Both the position numbers and the translations under genes were made by a program. A model generated the notes under the pieces. That model was given only the letters and a program-made list of their open reading frames with translations, searched no databases and had not been told where the DNA came from. Source: an uncultured Bacilli bacterium (GTDB lineage: Bacteria > Bacillota_I > Bacilli_A > RF39 > UBA660). Taken from it: a stretch of DNA of 59,089 bases. Positions 39,024 to 49,906 of the stretch are shown one piece after another (position 1 is the stretch's first letter; each line of letters opens with the position of its first letter). Location of the stretch: the NCBI GenBank assembly GCA_934179675.1, contig CAKPQS010000003.1, forward strand, positions 1 to 59,089. The letters run 5' to 3'.

Positions 39024-41090
39024 CTATATTTGACTTCCTTTAACTATATTACTATTAGATGATTTAGTTGCAATCATTCGATCAACTAAAGATGATGCAG
39101 AAGCTATATAATTTATTGTTACCTTAGAACCTGATTTAGTTGCTGCTCCGCTAAACATATTACTACAACTCCAAACATAACAAGAACTCTTTATATTTAA
39201 TGTAGTTGTTAAAGATGAACAGTTGGAAAACATATTACTCATATCAGATACATTCTCCATACCAAAATTTCTTAAATCTAAACTCGTTAATGATGAACAA
39301 GAATCGAACATATTACCCGTTTTTGTTACTTTTTCACCATTAAAACTACTTAAATCCAGACTTGTTAAAGATGAACATTGATAAAACATTTTAGACATAT
39401 CATCTACTTTTGCCGTATTAAAATTACTTAAATTTAAACTTGTTAAGGACGAACAACCTCTAAACATATCATACATAGCCGTTACATTTGCAGTATTAAA
39501 GTTACTTAAATTTAAACTTGTTAAAGATGAACATCCAGAAAACATAGTTCCCATATCTATTACTTTTGCTGTATTAAAACTACTTAAATCTAAATTTGTT
39601 AAAGATGTGCAATTATAAAACATACCATTCACATATTTTAAATTTGCAGTATTAAAATTATTTAAAACCAAATTTTTTAACAATGTACACTCACTAAACA
39701 TATCACCCATAGTTGCTACATTAACCGTATTAAAACTACTTAAATCTAAACTTGTTAAGGATGAACAATTATAAAACATATATGACATATTTGTTACATT
39801 TGCAGTATTAAAATTACTTAAATTTAAACTTGTTAAGGATGAACATTCAGAAAATATACTAGACATATTTGTTACATTTGTTGTATTAAAACTGCTTAAG
39901 TCCAAATTTATTAATGATGAACAAGAAGAAAACATGTCACTCATATCTTTTACCTTTTCATTATTAAAGTTCTTTAAAACTAAGTTCTTTAAAGATGAAC
40001 AAGAAGAAAACATATAGTTCATATCTGTTACATTTGAGGTATTAAGTCCACTTAAATTTAAACTTGTTAAAGATGAACATCCACTAAACATAGAAGCCAT
40101 ATTGGTTACATTAGCTGTATTAATATTACTTAAATCTAAACTTATTAATGATGAACAACCACCAAACATACTATACATATTTGTTACATTTGCCGTATTA
40201 AAACCACTCAAATCTAAACTTGTTAAAGATAAACAACTAGAAAACATCACACTCATTTTTGTTGCTTTTGAAGTATTAAAATTATCATTAAAATTTATTT
40301 GAGTTAAATTAGATATTCTACCATTGTCGTACTTATAAAACGAGAATATAGAAGTGCAATCTGATGGTGCAAAAATCAGTGCATCACTTACAATATATAA
40401 ATTATATAAAGGTTTTGTATTATCAGTACTATCTTTTAAACCAGTATCAATTAAATATCCATACACTTTCTTCTTTTGAGTTGGACTTTCAGATATATCC
40501 CAACATAAATTTTCTTCAGTACAATTACTTGGTAAATTACTTAAATCATTACCAAAGTCAATAGTTCTTATATAAGGTTTATAATTCTTAGTCCAAAATT
40601 CTGTACCACCATTTGCACTAGAATCATCACTATATCCGTTCTTCATTGTTGCTGTTTCCATTATAGTACCTTTAGTTTTTATTAAAATATCACTATTTAT
40701 AGTAGTATCAGACTTATAATATAATGTAACACTACTACCAGTATTACTATTTATAAATCCACTATATATATTATTATTAATTAATTTAGTATAACTACTA
40801 TCTTTATAAAACTTAATAGAGCTATCCCCTATTAGTTCAATAGTATAATCTGCTCCACTTTTAGATCCAGTAGTATTAATATTAACATTAAATGATCCAC
40901 TAGTACCACTTAAATGTAATTTATAACCTCCATCTTCAATAATACCATTATCTACACTTACTTTAAATACCCAATCTTTTACATTAGCTGTTATATTAGC
41001 TACAATAGTATTTTTAAATGATGAATAAGTATAACTTAATGTTACAAATAATAAACATAATATTGATAAAAATAAAATTTTCTTCTTCAT
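39024..41090 (-). CDS. BspA-family / DUF285 leucine-rich-repeat surface protein
   Basis: 688 aa. After a signal peptide come a TasA-like N-terminal domain, a middle region, and 14-15 tandem 25-aa units of the form MF..CSSLTSLDLS.FNT.NVT.M. Confidence 0.85.
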   Translation of the reverse strand: MKKKILFLSILCLLFVTLSYTYSSFKNTIVANITANVKDWVFKVSVDNGIIEDGGYKLHLSGTSGSFNVNINTTGSKSGADYTIELIGDSSIKFYKDSSYTKLINNNIYSGFINSNTGSSVTLYYKSDTTINSDILIKTKGTIMETATMKNGYSDDSSANGGTEFWTKNYKPYIRTIDFGNDLSNLPSNCTEENLCWDISESPTQKKKVYGYLIDTGLKDSTDNTKPLYNLYIVSDALIFAPSDCTSIFSFYKYDNGRISNLTQINFNDNFNTSKATKMSVMFSSCLSLTSLDLSGFNTANVTNMYSMFGGCSSLISLDLSNINTANVTNMASMFSGCSSLTSLNLSGLNTSNVTDMNYMFSSCSSLKNLVLKNFNNEKVKDMSDMFSSCSSLINLDLSSFNTTNVTNMSSIFSECSSLTSLNLSNFNTANVTNMSYMFYNCSSLTSLDLSSFNTVNVATMGDMFSECTLLKNLVLNNFNTANLKYVNGMFYNCTSLTNLDLSSFNTAKVIDMGTMFSGCSSLTSLNLSNFNTANVTAMYDMFRGCSSLTSLNLSNFNTAKVDDMSKMFYQCSSLTSLDLSSFNGEKVTKTGNMFDSCSSLTSLDLRNFGMENVSDMSNMFSNCSSLTTTLNIKSSCYVWSCSNMFSGAATKSGSKVTINYIASASSLVDRMIATKSSNSNIVKGSQI
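39155..40358 (-). repeat. Tandem 75-bp coding repeats (about 14-15 units) inside the BspA-like gene
   Basis: Long near-identical DNA stretches recur. For example, aaatttaaacttgttaaagatgaacatcc is present at about 39515 and about 40055, and acttaaatctaaacttgttaa variants recur throughout. Confidence 0.85.
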
Positions 41091-41245
41091 ATACTTTCTC
41101 CCAATAAATTAAATGCGCTAAAAATTGGACCAGAATCTATATAATCTACTCCTATTAAATCACTATCAAAAATACTAATTTCTTTAATATTTAGTAATGT
41201 ATGTATGTTTGTTCCTTTATTTATAGATTTATCAACAATATTCAT
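41087..41245 (-). CDS. Small leader ORF (52 aa) translationally coupled to the BspA-like gene, hypothetical
   Basis: The start is taken at MNIVDKS (AAGGTG 9 nt upstream). The track start at 41281 would lie inside the promoter -10. The stop overlaps the BspA ATG (ATGA). Confidence 0.35.
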   Translation of the reverse strand: MNIVDKSINKGTNIHTLLNIKEISIFDSDLIGVDYIDSGPIFSAFNLLGESI

Positions 41246-41272
41246 ATATACACACCTTATCCTTCTATCCCA

Positions 41273-41301
41273 ATTATACATTTTTTATAGACCAAAATCA
41301 A
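41273..41301 (-). promoter_or_regulatory. Sigma-A promoter of the small ORF / BspA-like / CUB-like operon (TTGATT-17 nt-TATAAT)
   Basis: On the minus strand, -35 lies at 41296..41301 and -10 at 41273..41278, directly after the upstream terminator. Confidence 0.6.
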
Positions 41302-41310
41302 TATACAAAT

Positions 41311-41336
41311 TAAAAAACTAGATTTTTTTCTAGTTT
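41311..41336 (-). terminator. Intrinsic terminator after the MurJ/SpoVB-like gene
   Basis: The minus strand reads AAACTAGA-aaaaaa-TCTAGTTT followed by TTTT. It overlaps the stop codon. Confidence 0.6.
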
Positions 41337-42970
41337 CTTTTTAAATGCAATTTATTTAAATATCTATCTATTCTATCCTTGCCAAAAACAGAATTAGCAA
41401 GTCCCATCTTATAAGATAAAACAAAATATATAATCATACCAAATAACGAATAAATAATTAAACTAATCATACTAATCATTCTACCACCAACTAAATATTG
41501 ATTAATTATAAGTTTTAAACCAATTAAACAAACCAACATAGCAAGTGAACATATTATAGTCTTTATAAAATTAATAAAAGTTGTATTATAAGTAAACTTA
41601 TATTTTTTTCTAAAATAAACTAAAACAATTAGAAAAACAAACAACTGAATAAATATATCCGCAAACGCAGGAGCATAATATGCCTTAACATGAATAAAAT
41701 CAAATAAATACATAAGAGGTGTATTCAATAAAACCTTTAACAATACACTTATACCAAGAATTATAAAAGTCAATTTTGTATTATTCATAGTCTGGTTAGC
41801 ATCAAGTAATATAGAATACATTGAATAACTAACAGAAGTAAATATCGTAACCATTAACATAGCAGAACCAAGTTCTAAAGAATCAACACCATAAAAAACA
41901 GTCCATATTGGTTTTGACAAAAAAGAAATACCAATTGCCATAGGAAGTGTTAAATAAATAATCATCTGAAAAGCCTGATTTACCTTATCATTAACGCCCT
42001 TCATATCATTTACAACCATACAACTACTAATTGAAGGAATTAAACTAACAGCAACACCTAAACAAATAGAAGCAATAATCGTATTAAATTTATTACCCCA
42101 AGTAACAATAACACTAGAAGCAGTTTCAGCAGTAACAGTATCAAAACCAACTTTAGTTAAACCCTTAACAATCGTAAAAGTATCAACTAAACTATAAGCA
42201 GACTTCATAAGTGCAATTATAATAAACGGAATCGCATAAACAATTATTTTTTTAATCAACTCTTTATCTGATACCTTAATACAATTATCTGACTTAGTCT
42301 TAAATTTACCCTTATTTTTCCTTATCTTTATAAGAATATATAAACTAGCAGCAATCGCACCAACAGTCGCTCCAAATACACTAACAGCAACACCATTTGT
42401 AACACCCAAATTAAACACTTTTATCGTTAAATAACTACCTAAAACAACAACTAACACTCTTACCAATTGCTCAATTATATTTGCAACACTACTTATCTGA
42501 ATATATTTAGAACCCTGAACATAACCTCTAGCAACACTTAATACAGGTACAAATAACAAAGCAGTTGAAACAACCCTTATAATATAAGCTATATCTTTTA
42601 TACTATTACCACCTGTAGCATCACCCATTATATATTTTGCTAACCCCTCAGCAAATATAATCATCAGTAAAAAACTTATAAAACCTATTGTAGTCATTAT
42701 TATTTTACCAAGTTTATATATTCTCTCTTTAGCCTCATAATTACCAAGAGTATCATACTCACTTACTGATTTTGATATAGCAAGAGGAACACCACTTGTA
42801 CTTACATTTACAAACATTGAATAAATACTATAAGCATAACTATATAAACTTCTCCCCATTGTTCCTATAATTGAATAAAAAGGAATTACATATACTAATC
42901 CAAGTACTTTGCACGCAATAATACCGAGTGTTGCTATAATCGCACCACTCATAAAATTTGTTTTTTTCAT
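41330..42970 (-). CDS. MOP-superfamily flippase (MurJ/YtgP/SpoVB-like polysaccharide biosynthesis protein)
   Basis: 546 aa with about 14 TM helices. The N-terminus MSGAIIATLGIIACKVLGLVYVIPFY and the overall architecture are typical of YtgP/SpoVB. I cannot assign which paralogue it is. Confidence 0.7.
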   Translation of the reverse strand: MKKTNFMSGAIIATLGIIACKVLGLVYVIPFYSIIGTMGRSLYSYAYSIYSMFVNVSTSGVPLAISKSVSEYDTLGNYEAKERIYKLGKIIMTTIGFISFLLMIIFAEGLAKYIMGDATGGNSIKDIAYIIRVVSTALLFVPVLSVARGYVQGSKYIQISSVANIIEQLVRVLVVVLGSYLTIKVFNLGVTNGVAVSVFGATVGAIAASLYILIKIRKNKGKFKTKSDNCIKVSDKELIKKIIVYAIPFIIIALMKSAYSLVDTFTIVKGLTKVGFDTVTAETASSVIVTWGNKFNTIIASICLGVAVSLIPSISSCMVVNDMKGVNDKVNQAFQMIIYLTLPMAIGISFLSKPIWTVFYGVDSLELGSAMLMVTIFTSVSYSMYSILLDANQTMNNTKLTFIILGISVLLKVLLNTPLMYLFDFIHVKAYYAPAFADIFIQLFVFLIVLVYFRKKYKFTYNTTFINFIKTIICSLAMLVCLIGLKLIINQYLVGGRMISMISLIIYSLFGMIIYFVLSYKMGLANSVFGKDRIDRYLNKLHLKRN

Positions 42971-42978
42971 ATTTTACC

Positions 42979-43146
42979 TCATTCATACATTATTAAAGCA
43001 GAAAAACAATAAATTTGATCTTCACCACTTATACCAACAGCAACATTATATTTTATATCATATATTTCATCAACATTATCAATAAAACTATTTATTTTAG
43101 ATTCTAAATCGCTTTCATTTTCTTCATCAAATACTTTAACTTTCAT
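42979..43146 (-). CDS. cse60: Sporulation protein Cse60-like
   Basis: The start is set at MKVKVFDEENESDLE (GGTGA upstream). MKVKVFDEE..DLE...N.F......I.DIKY.V......EDQIYCFSALI.Y matches my memory of Cse60/YteV. Confidence 0.5.
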   Translation of the reverse strand: MKVKVFDEENESDLESKINSFIDNVDEIYDIKYNVAVGISGEDQIYCFSALIMYE

Positions 43147-43190
43147 ATTTTCACCAATCAAATTATAATACAAAAAATATGTATATTTTG

Positions 43191-43811
43191 TCAATTTTTT
43201 AACTTTTTTTCAATTTCTTTATAATTAGGACAATATTTACTAACTGTATTCCAAAATGATTTAGAATGATTAAAATGAACAAAATGTGATAATTCATGAA
43301 TTATAACATAATCTAAACAAGAGCTATCATATTTAACTAAATTTAAATTTAATGTAACAGAATTTACTTTACGATTGCATACACCCCATCTAGTTTTCAT
43401 TGATCTTATCTTTAATATTGGATATGGAATATTTTCATCAAATTTATTATAGTAAAAATCTAAATGATCCTTAAAAATACTTAATATTTTCATTTTATAC
43501 CAACTATTTAATTTTTTTAAATTATTAACTTTTATTACATCATCTAAAATTTCTACATCTTTTATTTTTTCATCAACTATTATATCATATTTTTTACCCA
43601 TTAAGTAAAAACCATCTTTTTTTTCTTTTGATAGATTCTTTTTTAAAAAGTTAATATTATTATCTAATATCTGTTTAATTTTATTATTTGTAACAAAATA
43701 ATTAGTTGTTACAACTATATTTTTATTTTCATCAACTCTTATATATGTATTTTTATTATTTTTTCTTTTAACTATAACATTATATAAGACATTATTAATT
43801 TCATACTTCAT
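43191..43811 (-). CDS. YgjP-like (DUF45/WLM-type) metal-dependent hydrolase
   Basis: 206 aa. RWGVC......TLNL.L and IIHELSHFVHFNHSKSFW (HExxH...H) are present. Confidence 0.75.
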   Translation of the reverse strand: MKYEINNVLYNVIVKRKNNKNTYIRVDENKNIVVTTNYFVTNNKIKQILDNNINFLKKNLSKEKKDGFYLMGKKYDIIVDEKIKDVEILDDVIKVNNLKKLNSWYKMKILSIFKDHLDFYYNKFDENIPYPILKIRSMKTRWGVCNRKVNSVTLNLNLVKYDSSCLDYVIIHELSHFVHFNHSKSFWNTVSKYCPNYKEIEKKLKN

Positions 43812-45943
43812 TTTATCAATGATAAATTAACTCTTTTTTTATTTAAATCTATACTATCTACATAAACATCTATAATATCACCAACACTTAATATATCATT
43901 TGGATCCTTTATATATTTATTTGACATTTTTGATATATGAATTAAACCATCATCATGTAAACCAATATCAACAAAAGCTCCAAAAGGTGTAACATTTCTA
44001 ACAGTACCCTCTATAGAATCGCCTATTTTTAAATCCTTAATTTCTAATATATTATGTTTAAGTAAAGGCTTTTTCATTTCATCTCTTGGATCCCTTTTAG
44101 GCATCTTTAATGACTTTATAATATCTTCTAAAGTAAATTTATCAGTATTTAAATATTGTGCTATTTTTTCAATATCCAAATTATTTAATTTATCTATTAT
44201 TTCAATAGAACCTATTTGATCTAATCTAATATTTAATAAATCTAATAAATTTAAAACTATATTATAACTTTCAGGATGAATAGAAGTACTATCTAAAATA
44301 TTATTTCCATTTACCCTTAAAAAACCAATTGCTTGTTCATAAGTTTTAGGTGTTAATATCTTTTTATCAATTAATTCTTCTCTTGTTTTAAACATATTGA
44401 TTTCACGATATTTAATTATTTTAGCAATAGAAGTTTTCGTTAAACCAGATATATATTTTAGCAAAAAAGGCGAAGCAGTATTTATATTAACACCAACCAT
44501 ATTAACTGCTTTTTCCACAGTAAAATCAAGTGTTTCCGATAATTTTTTACTAGGTAAATCATGTTGATATAACCCAACACCAATACTTTCAGGTGTTATT
44601 TTAACAAGTTCAGCCAAAGGATCTTGTAATCTTCTACCAATACTAACAGCACTTCTTTCTTCAACTTGTAAATCAGGAAATTCTTGTTTAGCAAGCGGTG
44701 AAGCGCTATAAACAGAAGCACCAGCTTCACTTACTATTATATAATTTATATTTTGATAATCTTTTAAAACATCAGCAATAAATGCTTCACTTTCTCTTGA
44801 AGCAGTACCATTTCCAATTGCAATAATTTCTATTTTATATTTATCTAATAAAGTTTTTACTATTTTTTTAGCCTCATCATATTTTTTAACAGGTTCATGA
44901 GGATATATTTTAGATATTTCAACTAATTTTCCTGTTGGATCAATTACTGCAAGTTTACATCCCGTTCTAAATGCCGGATCTAACCCCAATACCCATTTTT
45001 CTTTTAAAGGTGGCGTTAATAAGAGTTTTTCTAGATTTTTTCCAAAATTACTTATAGCAATATCAGATGCTTTTTCCGTTAATTCTGATCTTATTTCTCT
45101 TTCTATTGACGGTGCTATTAATCTTTTATAAGCATCATTAATAGCATTTTTTACAATATCAACAACATAACTATTTTCTACTTTAATTATTTTTTTATAT
45201 AAATAATCAAGTATATTCATTTCATCTATTTCTATATTTACATTAATAATATTTTCTTTTTCAGCTCTATTAATAGCAAGAAGTCTATGAGGTTTAATTT
45301 CCTTTACTTTTTCATTATAATCATAATACATTTCATAAACTTTATTTTCATCTATTGCATTTTTTTTAATTTTAGTTCTTATTATTCCATTATTATAAGT
45401 ATAATTTCTTATTCCTTTACGGTAATAAGCATTATCACTTATCCATTCAGCAATTATATAAGATGCTCCGACTATTGCTTCATCTTTAGTTTTTACTTTA
45501 CTATTTATATATTTATTAACTATATCATCAATATTTCCCTTAATAGGAAAACTCATAACAATTTTAGCAAGTGGTTCTAATCCATTATTAATAGCATCTG
45601 TAGCCTTTGTTTTCTTCTTTTCTTTAAAAGGCCTATATAAATCATCAATCTCAACCATCTTTTTAGCACTTAAAATATCATTTTTTAATTCATCCGTTAA
45701 TAATCCTTTTTCATCAATTAATCTAATAACATCTTCTTTTTTCTTAAGTAAATTTATCTGATATTCATAATATTCATTAATTTTTCTTATTTCATCTTCA
45801 TTTAATGCACCAGTTTTTTCTTTACGATAACGAGCTATAAAAGGTACAGTTGCTCCTTCTTCTAATAATTTTAATGTGTTTTCAACCTGTTCTTTTTTTA
45901 TATTAAGTATTACACATATTTCATTTATTATTGTATCATTCAT
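43808..45943 (-). CDS. tex: Tex-like transcription accessory protein (S1 RNA-binding domain protein)
   Basis: 711 aa. ATVPFIARYRKE, the YqgF-like LGLDPAFRTGCKLAV, HhH motifs and a C-terminal S1 domain GTVRNVTPFGAFVDIG are present. Confidence 0.92.
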   Translation of the reverse strand: MNDTIINEICVILNIKKEQVENTLKLLEEGATVPFIARYRKEKTGALNEDEIRKINEYYEYQINLLKKKEDVIRLIDEKGLLTDELKNDILSAKKMVEIDDLYRPFKEKKKTKATDAINNGLEPLAKIVMSFPIKGNIDDIVNKYINSKVKTKDEAIVGASYIIAEWISDNAYYRKGIRNYTYNNGIIRTKIKKNAIDENKVYEMYYDYNEKVKEIKPHRLLAINRAEKENIINVNIEIDEMNILDYLYKKIIKVENSYVVDIVKNAINDAYKRLIAPSIEREIRSELTEKASDIAISNFGKNLEKLLLTPPLKEKWVLGLDPAFRTGCKLAVIDPTGKLVEISKIYPHEPVKKYDEAKKIVKTLLDKYKIEIIAIGNGTASRESEAFIADVLKDYQNINYIIVSEAGASVYSASPLAKQEFPDLQVEERSAVSIGRRLQDPLAELVKITPESIGVGLYQHDLPSKKLSETLDFTVEKAVNMVGVNINTASPFLLKYISGLTKTSIAKIIKYREINMFKTREELIDKKILTPKTYEQAIGFLRVNGNNILDSTSIHPESYNIVLNLLDLLNIRLDQIGSIEIIDKLNNLDIEKIAQYLNTDKFTLEDIIKSLKMPKRDPRDEMKKPLLKHNILEIKDLKIGDSIEGTVRNVTPFGAFVDIGLHDDGLIHISKMSNKYIKDPNDILSVGDIIDVYVDSIDLNKKRVNLSLIK

Positions 45944-45991
45944 TTTATACCTCCACCAATTATATATTTTAACAAAGTATAGAAAAAATGT

Positions 45992-46651
45992 CTATTTCTT
46001 TTTAGACATTTTAAGTATTTTATTTGGACTCATTCGAACATTATTAGTTAAATATAACTGTTTTCTCATTTTTTTTAGTAATTCTATTTTTTCTTCTTTA
46101 CTTAAATTAACATTCATTATTATTTCATCAACATAATCATCTACTGCAACCATTTTTTGAGCTATATTATATTCTTTTTTAGTTAAACCATCATATTCTA
46201 TTTCTATTTTTTCATCATTTTGTGAAGAAGGAAAATCAAATACTTTACTTTTTTCTTCACCTATTTTATTATCTTTAACAGTTTCTCTAAAAGGTTCTAA
46301 TTTATCAATTCTTGTAAATAAATATCTAACATCAGTAGTATTTGCAATTTCAAAATATCTAAAAGATGCATATATAAAATTAAAAATTGGCATAAAAGAT
46401 GATACTAAATTAAATATTTTTAAACCTTTATAACCTTTTATTTTATAAACAGAAAAACCAAGTTCCTTATCTCTTATTTTTTCATATATATCACTTGCTA
46501 TATGAAGTGCTGCCGAAATAGCAACTGTTATTACATAGAAATTAAAAAATTTAACTGTAAATAACACAAGAAGAAAATTTAAAAGTAGCCCAAAAATTAA
46601 AGTTTCTGATAATTTATTCATATTACCTCCAAAAGTACTATTATTATACAA
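45992..46651 (-). CDS. Membrane protein, hypothetical (219 aa)
   Basis: About 3 N-terminal TM helices and a charged C-terminal half. Confidence 0.45.
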   Translation of the reverse strand: MYNNSTFGGNMNKLSETLIFGLLLNFLLVLFTVKFFNFYVITVAISAALHIASDIYEKIRDKELGFSVYKIKGYKGLKIFNLVSSFMPIFNFIYASFRYFEIANTTDVRYLFTRIDKLEPFRETVKDNKIGEEKSKVFDFPSSQNDEKIEIEYDGLTKKEYNIAQKMVAVDDYVDEIIMNVNLSKEEKIELLKKMRKQLYLTNNVRMSPNKILKMSKKK

Positions 46652-46681
46652 AATTTTATTTAATAAGTCAAAATAATATAC

Positions 46682-47671
46682 TTACTTCTTTTTGATTCCC
46701 AAATGTTCATAAGCTTTTTCAGTAACCATTCTTCCTCTTGGTGTTCTTTTTAAGAATCCATTTTGTAATAAGTAAGGTTCATATACATCTTCAATCGTTG
46801 TTTGTTCTTCACCAATCGATGAACTAATAGCTTCAATTCCTACTGGTCCACCGTTAAATCTTTCAATTATAGATTTTAATAAATTATAATCTGTTTCATC
46901 TAATCCTTCTTTATCAACCTTTAATTTATCCAAAGCATAAGAAGCAACATCTTTAGTTATAACATTTTCTTCCATAACACAAGCATAATCTCTAACCCTT
47001 TTAAAAAGTCTATTAGCAATTCTCGGAGTCCCTCTACTTCTTTTAGCAATTTCATAAGCAGCATCATCATCAATATCATAAGCAAGTACTCTAGAAGTTC
47101 TTTTAACAATTTGTTTTAATTCATCAATAGTATAATAATTCAATTTTGATACAATACCAAATCGATCTCTTAATGGACCTGTTAAATCTCCAGCTCTAGT
47201 TGTAGCACCAACTAACGTAAAAGGAGGCAAATCAATTTTAATTGACCTACTAGATGTATCTGTACCAACTACAATATCAATACTAAAGTCTTCCATTGCC
47301 GAATATAATATTTCTTCAACAAAACGAGGAATTCGATGTATTTCATCAATAAATAATACATCTCCTTGTTCAAGTGTTGATAAAACAGCAGCTAAATCAC
47401 CTGTTTTTTCAATTGCTGGACCACTAGCTGTTTTTATATTACTTCCAAGTTCATTAGCAATAATATTAGCAAGTGTCGTTTTCCCTAATCCTGGAGGACC
47501 ATATAACAGTGTATGATCTAATGATTCTCCTCTTATTTTAGCAGCTTTTATAAAAATTTTTAAATTTTCTTTTACTTCTGTTTGACCAATATATTCATCA
47601 ATTGATTGTGGCCTTATATTTTCTGGTTCTATTTCATTTTCTAGTTTTGTTGCATTTAGCATTTCATTCAT
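46682..47671 (-). CDS. ruvB: Holliday junction branch migration helicase RuvB
   Basis: 329 aa. [19 protein letters not shown] and GATTRAG.L..PLRDRFG are present. Confidence 0.97.
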   Translation of the reverse strand: MNEMLNATKLENEIEPENIRPQSIDEYIGQTEVKENLKIFIKAAKIRGESLDHTLLYGPPGLGKTTLANIIANELGSNIKTASGPAIEKTGDLAAVLSTLEQGDVLFIDEIHRIPRFVEEILYSAMEDFSIDIVVGTDTSSRSIKIDLPPFTLVGATTRAGDLTGPLRDRFGIVSKLNYYTIDELKQIVKRTSRVLAYDIDDDAAYEIAKRSRGTPRIANRLFKRVRDYACVMEENVITKDVASYALDKLKVDKEGLDETDYNLLKSIIERFNGGPVGIEAISSSIGEEQTTIEDVYEPYLLQNGFLKRTPRGRMVTEKAYEHLGIKKK

Positions 47672-47680
47672 ATATTCCCC

Positions 47681-48232
47681 CTATTTTTTTAATAATAATT
47701 TTAAAGCATCTTTAATTTGTTCACCTATTGGTTTAGTATTATCGATATCTTTAATAATTTTGTTGATATCACCATTTTTATATCCTAGACCTATTAAAGC
47801 ATCAACTAATTCATCATTTACCTTTACTTCTTCTTTAGTCATAACTAATTTTCCTTTTAAATCAAGAATAATTTGTCTAGCAACTTTATCTCCTATTTTA
47901 GGAAATTTTTTTAAATACAAAATATTTTCTCGTTCAATAGCATCAACAAGTCCATTTACACTACCAGTTCCTAACATTGGTAGTGCCATTTTACATCCTA
48001 AACCTTTAACATCAATTAATTTTAAAAACATTTCTTTTTCTTCATTATTTTTAAATCCATATAAACTAATTTCATCTTCTCTTACATATTGATATATATA
48101 TACTTTTACATCTTCATTTATATTAAATATATATGGATTAGGTGTATATACTTTATAACCTATTCCGTTATTATCGATTACAATATAAGAAGGTTCAATT
48201 TGTTCAATTTTTCCTTTTATATAGTCATACAT
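47681..48232 (-). CDS. ruvA: Holliday junction DNA-binding protein RuvA
   Basis: 183 aa. MYDYIKGKI, an OB domain, and HhH segments (VKGLGCKMAL, FPKIGDKVARQII) are present. Confidence 0.9.
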   Translation of the reverse strand: MYDYIKGKIEQIEPSYIVIDNNGIGYKVYTPNPYIFNINEDVKVYIYQYVREDEISLYGFKNNEEKEMFLKLIDVKGLGCKMALPMLGTGSVNGLVDAIERENILYLKKFPKIGDKVARQIILDLKGKLVMTKEEVKVNDELVDALIGLGYKNGDINKIIKDIDNTKPIGEQIKDALKLLLKK

Positions 48233-48235
48233 ATA

Positions 48236-48562
48236 TCACCTTTTATTTTTAAACATATACGCTAATATATAGTATTCAAAGATTGCAAATATTACTATAT
48301 ACACACCAATTAATATTAATTGAAGTGTTCCATTAGTAAATTCTTTTATAATACTAGGTAATGAAGCAGGAATATATTTATTTACGAAACTTGCAAATTC
48401 TCCTATATATTTACCATAAAAACTAGCAATAGCATTTAATACTCTTAATAAAATATCAAAAGCACATATAAAGTATATACTTCTTTTAAATCCTTTCAAA
48501 AAACAACACGCTACTACTATAATTAATAATACAATCACAATTTTTAACATTTTATCCTCCAT
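48236..48562 (-). CDS. Small membrane protein, hypothetical (108 aa)
   Basis: 3 TM helices. It overlaps the upstream ORF by 11 nt. Confidence 0.4.
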   Translation of the reverse strand: MEDKMLKIVIVLLIIVVACCFLKGFKRSIYFICAFDILLRVLNAIASFYGKYIGEFASFVNKYIPASLPSIIKEFTNGTLQLILIGVYIVIFAIFEYYILAYMFKNKR

Positions 48563-49001
48563 ATTCTATTGTTATATCATTAACAATTATTTTTTTTATT
48601 TTTTCATCCTCTATTTTTAATTTAACTATATTATTTCCAATAACATATTCATCTTGATACTCTTTATCACTCAAAATATTATATAAATTATCAGGTCTAA
48701 TAAAATTTTCAAATTCTCTTATTTCTTCTATTTGATTATTATCAATAAAAGCACCATTATATATTCCACTTATCACATATTCATCATAATAAATAGTGTA
48801 ACTAAAATACAATGTATTTTTATAATCTTCTAAAATATAAGCAAAAGAACTTTTTTCTAATGTTTTTACATCTTTTTCATCAACTATTTTTAAACTTTTT
48901 TTATAAGGTTTATAAGTTATAAATATTATTAATGAAACGATCAATCCTAAAAACAAATAAATTATATTACGCATTTGTTCATTTTTTAAAATTGTTTTCA
49001 T
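48552..49001 (-). CDS. Membrane-anchored protein, hypothetical (149 aa)
   Basis: One N-terminal TM helix. It overlaps the fmt stop by 4 nt. Confidence 0.4.
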   Translation of the reverse strand: MKTILKNEQMRNIIYLFLGLIVSLIIFITYKPYKKSLKIVDEKDVKTLEKSSFAYILEDYKNTLYFSYTIYYDEYVISGIYNGAFIDNNQIEEIREFENFIRPDNLYNILSDKEYQDEYVIGNNIVKLKIEDEKIKKIIVNDITIEYGG

Positions 49002-49906
49002 TTTAATATACTTCCAATTAATTGATGACCATTTATAAATTCTCTAGCAGTTTGTTTTTTCTTGCCTTCCAATTGTACTTCCGTCAAAATAATTTCGCCA
49101 TCAGCACAAATAACACCAAAACCATCATCATAAATATTTACAATTTCTCCAATTGTTCCTTTTTTTTCTGAACCTATTCTACTTTTCCATATTTTAAGAA
49201 TTTTATTGTTAAAAATAGTATAAGCTCCAGGATATGAATTAAGTCCTCTAATTTGATTAAATATTTCTCTTCTAGTTTTATTAAAATCAATTTTTTCATC
49301 ATCACGACTTATATTATATCCATAAGTAACATCTTCTTCATTTTGTTTTATTCTTTTTATATCACCACTTATAATTTTAGGTATTGCTTCAAGTATCAAA
49401 TCACGACCAATTATAGATAATCTATCATGCAAAGTTTCCGTAGTATCATCATCTGTTATAATAGTTTCTCTTTGCATAATAATATCGCCTTCATCCATTT
49501 TATCATTCATATACATAATAGTAATACCCGTTTTATCATAACCATCAATAATTGCATGATGAATAGGTGCTCCTCCTCTTAATTTAGGTAAAAGTGAAGC
49601 ATGAATATTAATTGCTCCATACTTAGGACAATCTAATAATGCTTTAGGAATAATTTGACCATAAGCACAAGTAATAATCATATCAGGATTTAAATTAATT
49701 ATTTCTTCATATTCTTTTCTTATTTTTTGTGGTTGAAAAACTTTTATATTATTCATTAAACCAACTTTTTTAATAATTGGTTCACTTACCTTATTTCCAA
49801 GTACTCTATCAGGTTGTGTAACTATTAATTCAACATCATAATTTTTTATTAAAGCTTCTAATATAGGTTTACTAAATTCTGGTGTACCCATAAATACTAT
49901 TTTCAT
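48998..49906 (-). CDS. fmt: Methionyl-tRNA formyltransferase
   Basis: 302 aa. MKIVFMGTPEFS and NIHASLLPKLRGGAPIH are present. Confidence 0.95.
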   Translation of the reverse strand: MKIVFMGTPEFSKPILEALIKNYDVELIVTQPDRVLGNKVSEPIIKKVGLMNNIKVFQPQKIRKEYEEIINLNPDMIITCAYGQIIPKALLDCPKYGAINIHASLLPKLRGGAPIHHAIIDGYDKTGITIMYMNDKMDEGDIIMQRETIITDDDTTETLHDRLSIIGRDLILEAIPKIISGDIKRIKQNEEDVTYGYNISRDDEKIDFNKTRREIFNQIRGLNSYPGAYTIFNNKILKIWKSRIGSEKKGTIGEIVNIYDDGFGVICADGEIILTEVQLEGKKKQTAREFINGHQLIGSILK

